NCBI RefSeq assembly: GCF_009834535.1
Contig: NC_045707.1
Location: 56,298,001-56,362,000, forward strand
DNA length: 64,000 nucleotides
Direction: 5' to 3'
Source: Camelus ferus
Taxonomy: Eukaryota
Below are positions 40,491 through 54,418 of the stretch, one piece after another (within the stretch, counting starts at the first letter, position 1; every line of letters begins with the position of its first letter). The notes under the pieces are model-generated. The model saw nothing but the letters and a program-made list of their open reading frames with translations. It ran no database searches and had not been told where the DNA came from. The translations under genes were made by a program, and so were the position numbers.

Positions 40491-42539
40491 AGTGAGTTCA
40501 GAGGGCAACAAATGAAATCAGGAAAGACAGCAATTAAAAAAGTGCGAGGCAGATCTGCCTGCCAGACGCTGGTCTAGCAAGAACTCCCTCTGGCAGAGAT
40601 CAATACATGGCAGTATCTTAAGATAGTTCAGAGTCACTTTATCTTCTTAATTCTTTCACTTTCCTCACTCCCCTCAATACCTCCCTCTTTACCAGAAATG
40701 ATTCTAAGAGTTTAAGAAATTAAAAGAGTAATTTCTTCATACAAAACTGGTAAGTCTCTGAAAAGGAAATTAAGGGTTTTACGATAAGATGTAGTTGTAG
40801 TTATCTATTTCCACGAAGAAAGCAACCCTACTGCTTCATGCCCAGTTGTAAAGCAATAATACTTTGAATGTATCAGGCATTCAGTAAGTAAGGAATGAAT
40901 GAATGAATGAAAGCAATTCCTCAATACATTTACTACTGTACCATCACAAGGTACACTGGGAGAAACAAATTCTAAGATTCTTTGGTAGCAGTGATCATGG
41001 AGGTCACTTAGGAGTTCAACAATACTGCTGGCCCTATCACTGAGAAGAGCATAAAGCCTCATCTCAACCCTAATGTTTACAATCACAAGGCGAAACAAAA
41101 GTGATTTAAGATATTTAGAATGTGATACAAGATAAAATGCAATTATGTGCTATAATTTGAGGTTTAACTGTGTTACAGGGATGAGGGCAAAGGTCACTGC
41201 TCTTATTGTCACACAGCCTAGAAACGTTCTATGGTCCAGAAGTTCAAGAAGAAATCAACAGTGCCCTCTTAATAACAATCTTCACAAGGACATAGAAATG
41301 TTGCGTACTCATTTCTACATGAATGTCCTAAAGATGTCTCCAATGTAGAAGGCCCAAAACTGGTCTGAATGTTCTCATGCTCGCCAAACCTTTCCCTTCT
41401 ACTTCCTATCCTGTTTAATAGTGTCATCAGTCTCCCAGTACTGAAAAGTCTTCACATTATCTTAAATGCCCCTTGTACCCTCAATCCACATACCCAGTCA
41501 CCCAATAATTCTAATGTAAAAATGCGTTTCATTTGGGACCCCCCACACTCCCCATCACTATTGTGGTTCAAGTTCTATTAAGTATTATCAGTGTTACTAC
41601 AATAGCGTTTATAGGTGATTTTTTCCGTATCAATAAAACTCCCATAGCACAGTGCTCAATAAGTGTTGGACAAACTGAATTGAACATGGTGTCTAAAATG
41701 GAAATGTACTTATATTCAATGGAAGTTTAATTACATATTTTAAGGTTCTGGCTTCCACAACCATTGACTTTAGGCTTCAATCTTTCACACTTGTTTAGTA
41801 GACTTCAGTCAAAAATTAAAGCTGTCTTGCTGAACTATGAAAATTATAGATGGGATGTATTAAATTTTATGAATGTTTGAAAATATCCACAACCCTATAA
41901 TCTATGTAAGGAAGAAAACAATATTTACCGTTGCTTTTTAAAATAAATCAATTTATATCACTCAATTATGTGCTAGGAAACTTTTTGCCGAAGCTCCAGC
42001 ATAATTTATGGTTGCATATGAAATGAAAAAAAATGTTATTTCAACACATAAACCATGCTCTTAGAAAGGAGATATAATTAAGAAAGAATTGACATTCGTG
42101 TCCTTACTGCGCCAATAGTCACATCACATTGGATGCATATAGTATACGTAACCTGAATTTCAAAAGCACTTCCACATTTAACTAAGTTATTTATAAAAAT
42201 GAAATTAAATATAAAAATAGGAAAATCTAACCAGAGTATTACTACTCTAACAGACCCTTTCCATAGTTTAATTTGAAGGAAAATAAAAATATCATACAAA
42301 GAAATAGCCTATTTAGAAAATTGATTTGGTATATAAAAGTTAAACTTGTTAAAAAAAAAAAAATTCTGGAATGCCTACTACACGCAAGGTAATAACTGAA
42401 CCCGATAAAGTTAATTTGTTACAATTTTTGATTCATCTAAGGAATATGGTGTCTTACCACTTACAAAGCGTATGGAGAACAAATGTTCAGTGTGGATTCT
42501 AGAAGGCTCAGCAATTCCCAGTTACAATTCTTTTGAGAT

Positions 42540-42908
42540 GCCACACGTGCTGTGCTTACTCAGGCCTTTGCACTTGCTTTTCCCTCTGTCTGATACCATC
42601 TTCTCTCAAACATTTCCATGGTTCTCTCTCTCACTTCCTTCAGGTCTTTGCTCAAATGTTACCCTGTCAGTGGAAACTTCTCTGTCAATCCTATTTAAAA
42701 CTGTTAACCCCACTCAACTCTCATTCCTCATTGATCCTTTATCAATTTTTTTTATACATTCATCACCATCTGACATAGTAAGGTGCAAGAGGACACAGAT
42801 TTTTGTTCACTGCTGTATCCCGAGTAATGATACAGTAACCCAGATGCTGTAACCCAGAATAATGCCTGTCAGAGAAGGTACTCAATGAATGAATGAGTCA
42901 ATGAATGA
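42540..42908 (+). mobile_element. L2 3' end
   Basis: caggcctttgcacttgct...cttccttcaggtctttgctcaaatgttacc...tgttcactgctgtatccc...gaatgaatga tail. Confidence 0.8.
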
Positions 42909-45900
42909 GCAAGAACTAGGTTTGAATTCTGGTTCTCAGACTGTCCATCCCTCTGTGGCCATGAGCAATCTATTTATCTACTCTTAGGACTTGATTTCTT
43001 TATCTATAAAATGGAGAGGGGGATATCTATTTTACAGTGTTTTAAGGAATATACATATATATGCACATACACATATATGTAAATTTGTACACACACATAC
43101 ATATTTACATGTATTAATTATATACACCCTAAACATCCTAAAACAGAGTCTAGAACATGGTAGGCAACTCCCAAATCACAAAGTCCAAACTAAGTAACTG
43201 AGTGTCCTAACACCACACTTGGGACTTTGTTGGATTATAAATACTCAGTTTCTAAATGCAGGGCCCTGCTGGAAGAAAGGAAGTTTGGGCTCTGAGAGAT
43301 GGATGCAAAACCTCCATTATTAGAATGAAAGCACGACTGGGGACAGGTCAGCTGTAACTTGAGACACAATGTGGAAGTCCAATAGCCAACACGGGTACTA
43401 CAATCTAAGTAGGTTGAAAGCAAGAATTTTTCAGTGCTTGGGAGCTCAGCGGTTAGCAGTGGACACCATGTCCTACAATCAGCTTTATCGCTCAAGAGAG
43501 AATTTTATTACCAATGATTATTTCTTACTGAATTTGATAAGAAATTTTTGGCAGACGGGTTACAATCCTGACTATGCTTTAAAGACCTAATATAGAGTTT
43601 CAAGTTTGCTTTAATAGAACATTTTATTTTCCTATATTAGAAGTCTCTACTTTCAGAAAATAACCAAAACCATGAGATAGATTACTAGAAATTCAACAAC
43701 TTCAAACTCCATTTAAAATTAGAAGCACTGAAGAATAAATATTTATAAATATTTTCTGAAAAATAAATTCAACTTAATAAATCAAATATGATTTTGTTAG
43801 CAAAATGCAAAGTAAATTCTAGATCATAAAACTTTAAAAACTGACTTATAATTGTAAAGAATATTTTAAAAATGAACTTATTTCAGTGCAGTAAGTGCTC
43901 TGAAATCAATCTCTTGTTCTTCTCTTGTTGCTCCCACAGGCGTCTCATTTCCTACTCTGGCTGTCATTTTCTGCCCCACAGTGCTTCAAGGATGGCAGTA
44001 TCTTAGTAACTGACACTGCCATTGATCTCTTACTGAGAAGGCCAATATTTTCTTTGTATACATACACAGACTTGGGCCAAGTCTTCCAGGCATTCAAGAA
44101 TTGAAGAAAAAAAAAAAAAAAGACTTTTCAGTTTGTTTATTATTAAGGCAGGAAAAAACAAAGGACTTTTTGTCCCAGGTAAACAGTAATTGTAAGGATA
44201 ATTAAATTACTAATAATGGATTTTCAGAGAGTAAAATTAAATCATACCTCTCTCTTAAAACTACTTTTTTCATCACGCATTTCATTAACTTGCGTTTAAT
44301 TTCATCAGCTATTCTTACTCTAAACTCCATTACTTACATTTCAACAGTAACACAAAATAGATGTGTGTCTATTCTACTGTATCTTAACTGAATTCAGTTA
44401 TAATCATTGGCCAAGTAAAAGGAACGTGCATAAGGAATCTGCATTAATATACACCTTCTCTATCTAGCACCTACTGTACCTCCGGCAGATCTTGCTCTTT
44501 ACTGGCTGAATTTTTGTAACGATGTATACAATTCATAAAAACCAGATCAATTTTATTCTTTTGGGGCCATTGTTCAAGGTGGCTGCTGTATAGGGAATAA
44601 ACAAATAAGATGCCCACCTAAACTTAACATTTACATTTGCTATTTTGACTTAATGATCAAATTAAGAGGGAAAAAATCAGTTTCAGTAACTGTCTCTGGT
44701 GTTGCTAAAGATACTGGTCTGAGACTCTGGCTATATCTGAAATGCAGTTTCCTTCACAAAGAGAGAGATGGTTTTCAGTACTTAATAAAGATTAGTTAAA
44801 TAAATGCTTGAAAATATATAAATATATCATAATAAGGAACAAAATGTGACAAGGGAAAAATGAAGAATGAACACAAGTGTTAGTCTAGATCAAGATGAAT
44901 TCAAAGAGCTTTGTGAGACTAATAATGCTTTCAGGTGGTTCTTATCCTGAGGTCTAAGAGCTAAAGAAGCTTATGAAGCTTTAGGTGTAAACTTACCTAT
45001 ACAGCTAAAAGTCTGCTGCAAGACACACAGCTAATCAGAGTCAGAGATGAATTAGAACCACGTCTTCTGACTCAGCCTATCCACCTCTATTTCAGAGGAG
45101 CAGAATATGGAAAGGATGGCTAATATTGACTAAATGCCTACTCATTTATGTGCTAGGTTTTAACATGTATCTCGTTTACTTCAATACAACTCTTTCAGGC
45201 AGGAATTATGATTCCCATTTTTCAAATGAGGAATCTGAGGCTCAAATGCTTAATTTACACAAGATTACACACCACTAAAGTATCAGAGCCAGGATTCAAA
45301 GCTGTATCTGACAACCACAAAACCCATATTCTTTCCATGCTGTCTCCTATTTGCTTATATCAACAGCCGAGGTTCCAGCTGGACAGGAGATAGATAACAC
45401 TGCAAGGTGAAGAACTTTATTTTGTAGGAAATGGAGACCAACTGATGGCTTCTGAGTAGAGGAATGACAACACTAGAACCAAGATTCTGGAAGATAACTG
45501 GAAAGTGGCTTGAATGGAGAAGCAACTGAAATATAGAGTCTGAAAACAACAACACCTTGGAAATTATTGCTAAAATTCTGTTGTAAGATTAAAAAAGGAG
45601 ACAGCTGAACTATTTGCTATGAAAGTGGGAAGCCACAGATGCAAGAGAAATGGAGGAAGGTGAGTTGGCAGATTATGAGCCTAAGTAACAGGAAGAATGT
45701 TAATACAATTTACAGGGGACCTTTTTAACCACTGAAGTGATGAGGAGAAAAGACAAAATAGGGAGACCCTAGTAACCATGAAACCATGGAGGCAAGTTTT
45801 TTTTTTTTTTAATTCACAGAAAGAATTTAAATCATGATAAAACCATGAATATAGGTTACCATGACAGCAAATTTCTAGTGAAAGGTTAATAATTTGACAT

Positions 45901-48339
45901 ACTTTAAACAACAACAACAAAACATAAAATGAGTATCTAAAACAAACAGAAGACACTCAAATTTATTCTGATTGGCTAAATATAAATAAAATTTTAGTAG
46001 AATGAGGGGGAAAACGCCTCAGATGAGAAGAATCTCCATGAACTTTGTCTTACTGAACTTCTTAGTGAAATGATATGTGGGAAATCAGAAGTTGGAGGGG
46101 TAACCATTAAAAACTAGAATGTAAATTCGAGTTCTAAATGGTCTCATCTAAAAGCAATAAATGGAAAGCACTTTCTACGTATCAAGTAAATAAAATATGA
46201 TGGCAAATTATCCTGGGCTCCCACAGATTTGTTTACATTTCTGTTCAACCTTACCTATAATTACAGTAGCAACCCAGGAACTGGGCTGACACTTGCCACT
46301 ATCTTTTTGTAGTGTGAAATTATTTCCACACTTGAAGTCTCCTAAGAAGACCCAGAATATTTTTAACAGGGAAAACAGAGTTCAGGAAAATACATATGGA
46401 AAGTGAAAGAAAAAAGTTAAATACCACAGAGTAAAACAGACGACACTAATTATTTCTCTGTTGTTCTCACTTTCTATTTCCAGCATGCTTTCTGGCTTCA
46501 TGTGTTTCAAATTAAATGTTAGCACAATTTCAATGCACCATAATCACCAGCATCACCACCACCAACAACAAAATACTCGGAATGGCCAAGAAGAAATTTA
46601 ATCTAATGGGATGCAATAAAAAATAATTTAAGAGAAACCTCAACGAAATAATCTATCACAGGCATAAACTTTCTGTGTTGTTCAATTAAAATTATAGTAA
46701 ATTAATTACACAGATGTTCACCAAAAGGAACCAATTTAAAACATTTATTCAGCACCGAGTCCTGGTAAGGATCATTTGAGTGACAACAAGAAGAAACAGG
46801 AGAAGCAGTACAGGGCCTCAGGAAGCTGAAAGAAGGGAGTCAAGAGGCCCTGGAGGCTCAAGCGGAGCCTTAGAGCAGCCCTGGGCTTTGGCAAAGTCAC
46901 AGAGGATGGCTCTGCAGGCACAGAAACTGGACTTCCTGAGAGCTGAACAGGTTTTCCACAACTGATTCTAAGCAAAGTTATAAGAAATTGACTTTAAAAT
47001 ATAAATTCATTACTTTACATGGGGAAATACATTTAGAGTAATAAACCACATCATTAATTTAATAGGTATAGTCTCCTAATTTTAGAATTACAACTAGAAC
47101 AAATAAAGCCAGATATTCTTAAAGAACATTTTAATCAAGCCAGGTAGCTAGTTGAGTTTCCTCTGCAGTCTTGAACTATTTCGGTTTCACAAAATATTTT
47201 GGTTATCCCAAATAAGAATATTTCTTCTGTTTTGCCTTTTGGAAGATTTTTCTAGACTTATGAAGACCAATTAATTTCTGAAGACCAGATAATTCACTGA
47301 AGAATGTTACAGATTTATACATGTACTCATTACTTCCTAAGGATACAGCCTTTTTCCCTTGAAGAGAGTTAACAAAATCTTAATCTCTGAGATGAGATCT
47401 AGGAAACTTGTTTGTCTTATCAGCAAAGTATTTAGAAGCTATCCTACTGGCTTTTTTGTGTGTAGATGGTTAATCTCATTTATGTAGGTAATAAACTTTC
47501 AGAAATTTTTTACCTCAAATGATGCCTGAATTGATTTTATCTCCAGATTCTCAGGGTATCTTATTATAATCGTCAATGTACTGAATGAAGTACTGCATTT
47601 TCACAGAGGGAAAGAATATTACTGATTTCTGTCTCCTCAAATTAAGTTTAAAAAACCTATTAGTTGGATCAAATCACACAAAAACAATAATAAATATAAC
47701 ATGGACAGCGATCACACCAGAAATAACAGATATATCTATTCAGTACCAAATTTCAATGGGTACCTTCAATAACATTCTTTATAGATCTATGCATCACTTT
47801 ATTCTTTAAGAATAATTGATCTTACTCATCTATATTCCAGAAACTGTTTGATGTGCTAAGAACACAATGAAGCACTGTACTTCTGTTTTTAGCGAGTTTC
47901 TAATGTAGTTGCAGAGACAAACCAGTGGACAATGACGAAAGTATGACGTGTTAATATGAGAGAGAATCGAGTTGTTATACAGGAGCATATACATTTCCAA
48001 GAGTTCTTGACAATTTGTCTCTTCCAAGGAAAAACCTAATTACACCAACACCACCACAATCATGATTACCACAATTCTCATCACTTACTAACTACAATTT
48101 ATTGAACCCATGCTATATGTTAGGAGCTACATCACACCATCTTTAATCTCCACTACAGCTCTGTGAAAAACAACAACAATCAGCTGTGACAGACAGACAG
48201 CTGCTCACAGCTGGGCCACACAGAGCACACTCTTTCCTACTAATTATGAAAACTTCTACGGTACACCAGTATCAGACAAAGTCTGTGACCATGACAACTC
48301 TACAATCATATCTAAACACAGACAGAAACAGGAGCACAT

Positions 48340-48640
48340 GCAAACACAACAGCCTCCATGGAAGGCCCCACGGAGAGGCCCAAGTGTGAGAAACCAAGGT
48401 CTCGGGCCAACAGGCAGCACCAGCCAGCCTCTCATGTGACTGAGATGCTGTGGGGGTGAGCTCTCCAGCCTCAATCAAGCCTTCAGGAACAGCAGTCCTC
48501 GGCAGTCCTCGGCATTCCCCGCCAACACCTGGACTGTGAAATCATGAGACCCTAAGCCAGATCCATGAGTTAATCTGCTCCTAAATTCCTGACCCACAGA
48601 AACTGTGAGAGATCGTGTTTTTCAGCAATAGATAATGTGT
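48340..48640 (+). mobile_element. MLT1 (ERVL-MaLR) LTR fragment, MLT1E/F-like
   Basis: ggagaggcccaagtgtgagaaacc...ctccagcctcaatcaagccttcag...aaattcctgacccacagaaactgtgagagat...agcaatagataat. Confidence 0.75.
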
Positions 48641-49909
48641 AACATTAATGTGTAAATTAATATAATTGTATGTCAATGAGTGTGTACTCTTCCAGTTAGA
48701 AGAATTATAAAGGAGGTCGTGCAATTAAACATTCATTAATACTGTGCTTTTAATTCTTAGACTATTTTCTTTTTTGAACATATTTATAACAGCCACTTAA
48801 ATCCAACATCTGAGCCCAATCAGGATCAGCTCCAATTAATCATTTTCCTCCCCCTCGGGTCACACCTTCCTTTAATTCTATGAACACAGCTACTTAACTC
48901 CAGGATCAGAGCTCACATGGAATCAGTTTCCTGAGTATGAATCACAATTTCCTGTTTCTCTGCACATCTAGCAGTTTTTGGTTAAAAGCAGAATTGTGAA
49001 TAATTTATTGTAGTGGATCTGTTTTGTTTTCCTAGGGATTTTATTGTTGTTGCTCCACGAAGAAGTTAGCCTGCTTGGGCTGGAGCTGTGAAATCTACCT
49101 CCCCTTCAGAGCGCAGCAGCTGGTGCCTCTGCTCAGCTGCTGGTTTACTAGCCTGCCCCTGAGGGTATCCCTGGGCCTACGTAGATTAGAAACCAGATAA
49201 AAATTTGGGTAGGTTTGATGTCAGATTGGGAGGCTCACCCTCTCTGTAGTTACCTTTGTTTCCAAGGCTCCCCAGCCTAAATTACCAGTTGCTCTCCCAG
49301 CCCAGAATTCTGCCCTTAGATATAGGAATTTAATCGGGCTTCCAATTTTTACCACCCAAGCTGTGCACACTTTGGGGGATACACTCCATCAAAGATGCAG
49401 CCAATCTGCATAACTTGCCAGAAGCTCTGTCTTTCAAGGGTTCACCATCCTCCTGGTTTTGCCAGCGTTTTTGCTGGACTCTCTGGGTCTCCTGTGGGTG
49501 TGTGAGCGTGTAGTCTAGAGGTCAGCCAGGGTTTTAGCCAGAGTTTTAGCTCAGATCTTAGATTCCAGCCCTTCTGTGGCTCTCCTTCCAGAATGTATTC
49601 CTTAAATTTCCATCTGCTCTGCTCTCTGAACTTTGTTGTGTCCTCCATGAGCTGGAAGAATGTCGTTTTCCACTGCCAGATCTAGGGGGCTTTGGAGCAC
49701 CTCCAGCAAGAAAGTCATTAATCCTCAGTTCTTAGCCAACCACAGTAGTCATTCAGCAGCAAACTCTTCTCATGTTTCTGCCTACCTTTGGTCATCTTCT
49801 AGAACGTTCCATTAGTTGTTTTTAATAATCTGGCCAGTGTTTGTCATCGTTATCTGCTGGAGGAACTGCCTGACCTCTTTGACCGGCCATTACTTGGAGT
49901 ACCCGGGAT

Positions 49910-50525
49910 TATTTTAACAGCCTTTCATCCTGTCTTCCTGCATCCACCTTCACCCTCAATTTCCCAGACAGAAGCTAGTGTCACCCCTGGGACATGAAAT
50001 ACACCCATCATAACCCCTCACAAAGTCCTTGCAGAGATTTCCACTTCACTCAGAGCAAAAGCCAAGCCCTCAGTATGGTCTGCAAGTCCTATACGAAGCT
50101 GCCCGAAGCCGCCTCTCAAACCTTGTCTCCCCTCAGCCTCATCCGGACGGCTCTGCTGTGCTTCCAACACCCCCAGCATGTTCCGCTGGGCACTTGCTGT
50201 CCACTCGGCCTGACTCTCTTCCCTCAGATACCTGCAACAACTGGCTCCCTCACTTTTTTCAAGTCTCTGTTCAAATTCTGTTCTGTTAGGGAAGACTTCC
50301 CTGATCATCCCATACAAAACAGCATCTCTCCACACCATCTTTTTCACTTACCCTCCCCAGAACATGTGTATAAACACACACCCAGGTTTCTCTGTATCTG
50401 TCTTCACAAAAACACGGGCTGCATGCAGGCAAGGACTTTGCTGTGTTCGGTGTCATAACTGAAGGGTCTGGAACAGGGCCTGGGAGGTGGGAGGTGCTTA
50501 GTAAACAACAGCCAAACGAGTGAAT
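49910..50525 (+). mobile_element. L2 3' fragment
   Basis: cacttcactcagagcaaaagccaag, ctggctccctcacttttttcaagtctctgttcaaat, gggtctggaacagggcctgg...gtgcttagtaaac. This explains the overlapping 154-aa and 109-aa ORFs. Confidence 0.75.
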
Positions 50526-50736
50526 GGGTTAAGTGCTTCGCTCTGTTAGGCATTATTGTCAACCCTTATGTATTCACTCGTGCAATGTTCACAGCACCTC
50601 ATCGGGCCGGAAATGTGATTAACCCCACCTTGCGATGAGGGACTGAGGCACAGGGAGTGGATGCCCAAGCTAACCAAGCGGGTAAGCGGTGAGGCCAGGG
50701 CTTGAACCAGGCAGTCTGTCTGCAGGGCCCCATCAC

Positions 50737-51078
50737 ATTAGGCTGCTCAAGGTGCCATAACAAAATACCACCGGCTGGGTGGCTTAAGCAACAGAAATTT
50801 ATTTGTACAGTTCTGGAAGCTGAAGTCCAAGATCAAAGTGCTGGCAGTGCTGGTTCCGTGGTGAAGCCTCTCCCCTTGGCCTGCAGATGGCTGCCTTCTC
50901 ACTGTGTCCTCAGTAGTTTTTCTTTGGGTGCACTCGCCTAGTGTCTCCTCTTCTTCCTAGTGGACTAGGACTCCACCTTTTTGACCTTGTTTAACCATAA
51001 TTACTTCCTTAAAGACATTATCTCCAGATATCACACTGGAGGTTAGGGATTCAAATTATGAATTTTGGGAGGACACAA
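50737..51078 (-). mobile_element. MLT1A-like (ERVL-MaLR) solo LTR
   Basis: gccataacaaaataccaccggctgggtggcttaagcaacagaaatttatt...cagttctggaagctgaagtccaagatcaa...atgaattttgggaggacaca. Confidence 0.85.
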
Positions 51079-51269
51079 TAATCATAATTTATGCCCTTCA
51101 AACATCAACACCAAATGATTATGCCAAACATCTGCTAGTGGACGTCCACACACTGTGCACTAATTTAGTGCAGCTCTGGGAACCATGTCCTTTGTAACCC
51201 CTCACACGGAGCCGGCAGAAAACCCTACTTCTGGTGAGTCCCTAATGGAAATCTGCTCCGGTCTCTTTG

Positions 51270-51672
51270 CCGCTCCTTGAACACACTGTGCCTGCTCCCA
51301 CCGCAGGGCCTCCACACTCCCTGATCTCACAATCTGGAATGCTCTCCTTCCAGACAGCTCCATGACTCATTTTTCTCTTTATTTAGATTTTTTCCCCCAG
51401 AGTTATCTCCATTAAATTTTGCTGGAACAACCTACTTACAACTGCAAGCATACCTTCCCCTAGCATGTCCCCCTACTTCTCCCTTTGCTACTTAAGTCTT
51501 CTCTGAGGCACTTTAAAAAAATTATCTTTTTCCTCTAGAACATAAGCAAGATGAAGGTAGGATTTTTATTTACTTTATTTACTGCTATTTCCCCAATTCC
51601 TAGAGAAGTTCTGGCACATAGCAGACACTAAGTAAATGTTCGCTGAATGAACAAATGAATGAATGAATGAAT
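51270..51672 (+). mobile_element. L2 3' end with (GAAT)n tail
   Basis: ctggaatgctctcc...tagaacataagc...ctggcacatagcagacactaagtaaatgttcgctgaatgaacaaatgaatgaatgaatgaat. Confidence 0.8.
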
Positions 51673-52553
51673 TTCCCCAAGGTCACAGAGCTGGTAGAAC
51701 TGAAATTTGAACCCTATCTGACTAAACAATCTAAAAACTTAACTGCCAAATTATACTGTATAGAGCACCTAACAACTCTTTAGTAAGGTACAAATCTGGT
51801 CAAATGGCAAAAAATGCTCTTCTTTGACACAAACAGTAAATTTCATACAGTGACGGGAAAATGCCCATCTTTACATAATCTCTACATAAACAAAATTAAT
51901 ATTCCTTACAAGAATAAATTATAAAAATTCATTCTTTTTAATACTGGAGGCAGGTGACCATTTATACAATTGAACATTTTGTATAAAAAATTTGGCAAGG
52001 TCAGAGACACTTCAAAGGTGAATAATCTAGTCCAGATTCCATTATTGTTGAATAGACACAAAATTGGTTATAAGGGTTTCCCCGAAAATGTTATTTTATT
52101 CCAAGGTAAGAGAACAAATAAGTGACATTCATTTATTTATTTATTTGTCAAATATTTAGCAACCACCTCTGACCAGGTACTGTTCTAGGCACTAAAGATA
52201 CAACAGTGAACAATTCTTACATTCCTGAAGGGGAAACAATGATTAAAAAAAATATTAATAAGGAATGTATTCATGTCTTAAAAATATTAGTTTTGATAAT
52301 AAATGGCCTTTATAAGTCATTCTGAAATAATTTAAAAAAACTTCCAACACAGCAGTAAAGTTTCATACTCTGTGGAGTCAGATGGCCCAGGTTTGAATCT
52401 CCATTGCAAGCTGTGTCCCTGGCAAATTATCTCCTCAATTTGCAATTTCACAAATGGGTAAAACAGAGCCCTGCAAGGCTGATGTAAAGATTAAAAGAGA
52501 AAATATCCAAACAAACAACACACTGCATGGAAAATTATAAATATCAAAGAATC

Positions 52554-52584
52554 TTATTATTATTATTATTATCATCATCATCAT
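52554..52584. repeat. Compound (TTA)n(TCA)n microsatellite at a MIR 3' end
   Basis: ttattattattattattatcatcatcatcatt. Confidence 0.8.
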
Positions 52585-53974
52585 TAGGCTATATAAACAA
52601 ATCTATTTCTTCCATTGTATGCCAACTAGGCTGAACCCATATGAAAAGTCTTGGGCTTCATATTTATTCAGTATCTTTTCTTTTTTTGGAAGCCTGGATG
52701 AGTCATTAATTAATTCACACAACAAATTTTCACCTGGCATTTAATAATGCATGAGAGGTGTTTTACTAGGTGCTGGGTATACAACAGGACAGGCAAAATC
52801 TCTGCTCTTTTGGAGTTTAAGCTGCCAAGTTACCATAGGTATTAGGTATTATAAGAGTAAACTAAAGAAGTGCCTAACTTTTCAACAATAAACAATGACT
52901 TTAAAGAAATCAATATTTACCTAGACCTATTATAGGAGGCCCCTCGAGTGATGCTCTAAAGTTCATGAGCAAGTGCAAGATTGGGAACACCTGGAAGGAA
53001 ATGAGGAGAAATCCTAGGACTCTACTTCCAAAAGGTACTTGCCTTAGTAGAATCTACTTAATTTCATGGCACACAGTAGTACTTTATAAACAGTTTTCAA
53101 ATGAACTGGTAAATTACAGGTCTTCACTGCCATCCTAGCCCAGGATCCCATCACCTTTCCTGTACTACTGAAACGGTCTTCTAACTGGCCCCTCAGATTT
53201 GCCCTGCTAGTCTGTTCTTCAAATAACTATCAGAGTTACTTTTTCAAATATGTTATATTAAGTCACTACGTTGACTAAATGGCTCCAAAGGTTTCCCACC
53301 ACACTTCAAACCCTATACCCTCGAAGGCCCAGAGAGCCCTGGGCGATCCGGCCCCTGACTACATCCCCGACCGCCCCTGCCTTTGCCCAGCACTTGGCTC
53401 TAGCCACTCAGGCTTCCTTTTGAACCTCTACCAGCCCCGCTCTTTCGTGTTTCAGGGCCTCTGAGATCTATGGGTCTGAAAACCCTTCCTTTGGCTCACA
53501 GCGCTTTCTCACGCTCCTTGCTCAGGACCAGCTAAGTTAAAGCTGGCCTCCTCACACAATCGCTATCACATTTGACTGGTTTCATTTTCTTCTTGGTCAT
53601 TATCATCATGTGAAATGATCTTGACGGTTTACTACTGATTTATCTTCTGCTGTGTTTCCTCGTGTTATTTATAAGCATTGTGAGAGCCCTGTTCTCCTTG
53701 TTTCCCTCCAGCCAAAAAAAATTATTGCTGAGTTACTAAATGAAAGAAGCTCTTAGCTCTGTTTCCTGTTCTCTTTAAATTGCGGAAATAACAAACACCC
53801 AGGGACAAAAGGGAGATCCTGGCAGGGCTCAGCTTCATCCCACGGAGTGCCTCCGGAGCCCCCTCGGCCGGCCCGGCCGCGCACCCGTTTCCGCTCGACT
53901 TCCACTAGGGGGCACGCTTCACTGGGCCGGCCTTCTCTCCGCCTCCCCGCCCGCCCCGTCCACCAGCCATTCAC

Positions 53975-54254
53975 CTGAGCCCCTCTCGGCTTCCACCAGG
54001 GGGCGCGCCTCTGAGGGTTGGGCCTCAGCGGCGGTCGCCGCCGCCGCCGCCGCCGCCGCCGGCCTCCTCAGCGCCGCCAGCACCGTCTCCGGGGGCAAGT
54101 CGACCAGTTTCTCCCACACAGACTCCGTGTAGAAGTCCACCGTATGTGCACTGGAAATGGATAGGGCTTCCCTCAGGAACCGCAGGAGCTCCTGCAACTT
54201 GGCACACAATGTGGGCAGGCCTTGGGTCACCGGGAGCGGGCGAGAAGCCGCCAT
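53975..54254 (-). CDS. METTL25: METTL25 coding exon 1 (MAASRPLPVTQGLPTLCAKLQELLRFLREALSISSAHTVDFYTESVWEKLVDLPPETVLAALRRPA8TAAEAQPSEARPLVEAERGS-G)
   Basis: ATG at 54254 in gccATGg context, inside a CpG island; donor CAG|GTGAAT after 53975; 280 nt, phase 1. Confidence 0.93.
54036..54059 (-). repeat. (GCG)8 trinucleotide repeat encoding poly-Ala in METTL25 exon 1
   Basis: Eight uninterrupted CGC triplets on the plus strand, in frame with the ATG at 54254 (codons 66-73). Confidence 0.95.
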
Positions 54255-54418
54255 GGCGCACACCCTCCCGGGCTGTAGGTGGCGCAAACGTGGCCGCAAA
54301 GCGAGAGCTCGGTAGCACAGGCCCGATAAGTAGAACTCCGATCTGGACTCTGGCTGGGCGGTTGATTGCTTCTGCCTGATGACGTATTTTGACTGCGTCC
54401 GTTGTGGTTTTTCTAGCC

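Larger units (their letters stand above)
6951..54254 (-). other. METTL25: METTL25 gene span in this window (coding exons 1-9; 3' exons lie left of position 1)
   Basis: Nine GT-AG exons (280+165+107+600+148+95+30+74+94 = 1593 nt) join into one open frame. It contains SAM-binding motif I IIDLGSGKGYLS, post-I VYGIDSS, GLHTCGDL and VGCCYH, and matches the recalled METTL25 (C12orf26) protein. Head-to-head synteny with CCDC59 agrees. No stop codon is reached and no exon 10 was recognised in 1-6950. Confidence 0.95.

Noticed and set aside
49994..50458. Overlapping 154-aa, 109-aa and 86-aa ORFs
   Set aside because: They lie within an L2 remnant and show no recognisable domain or splice context.
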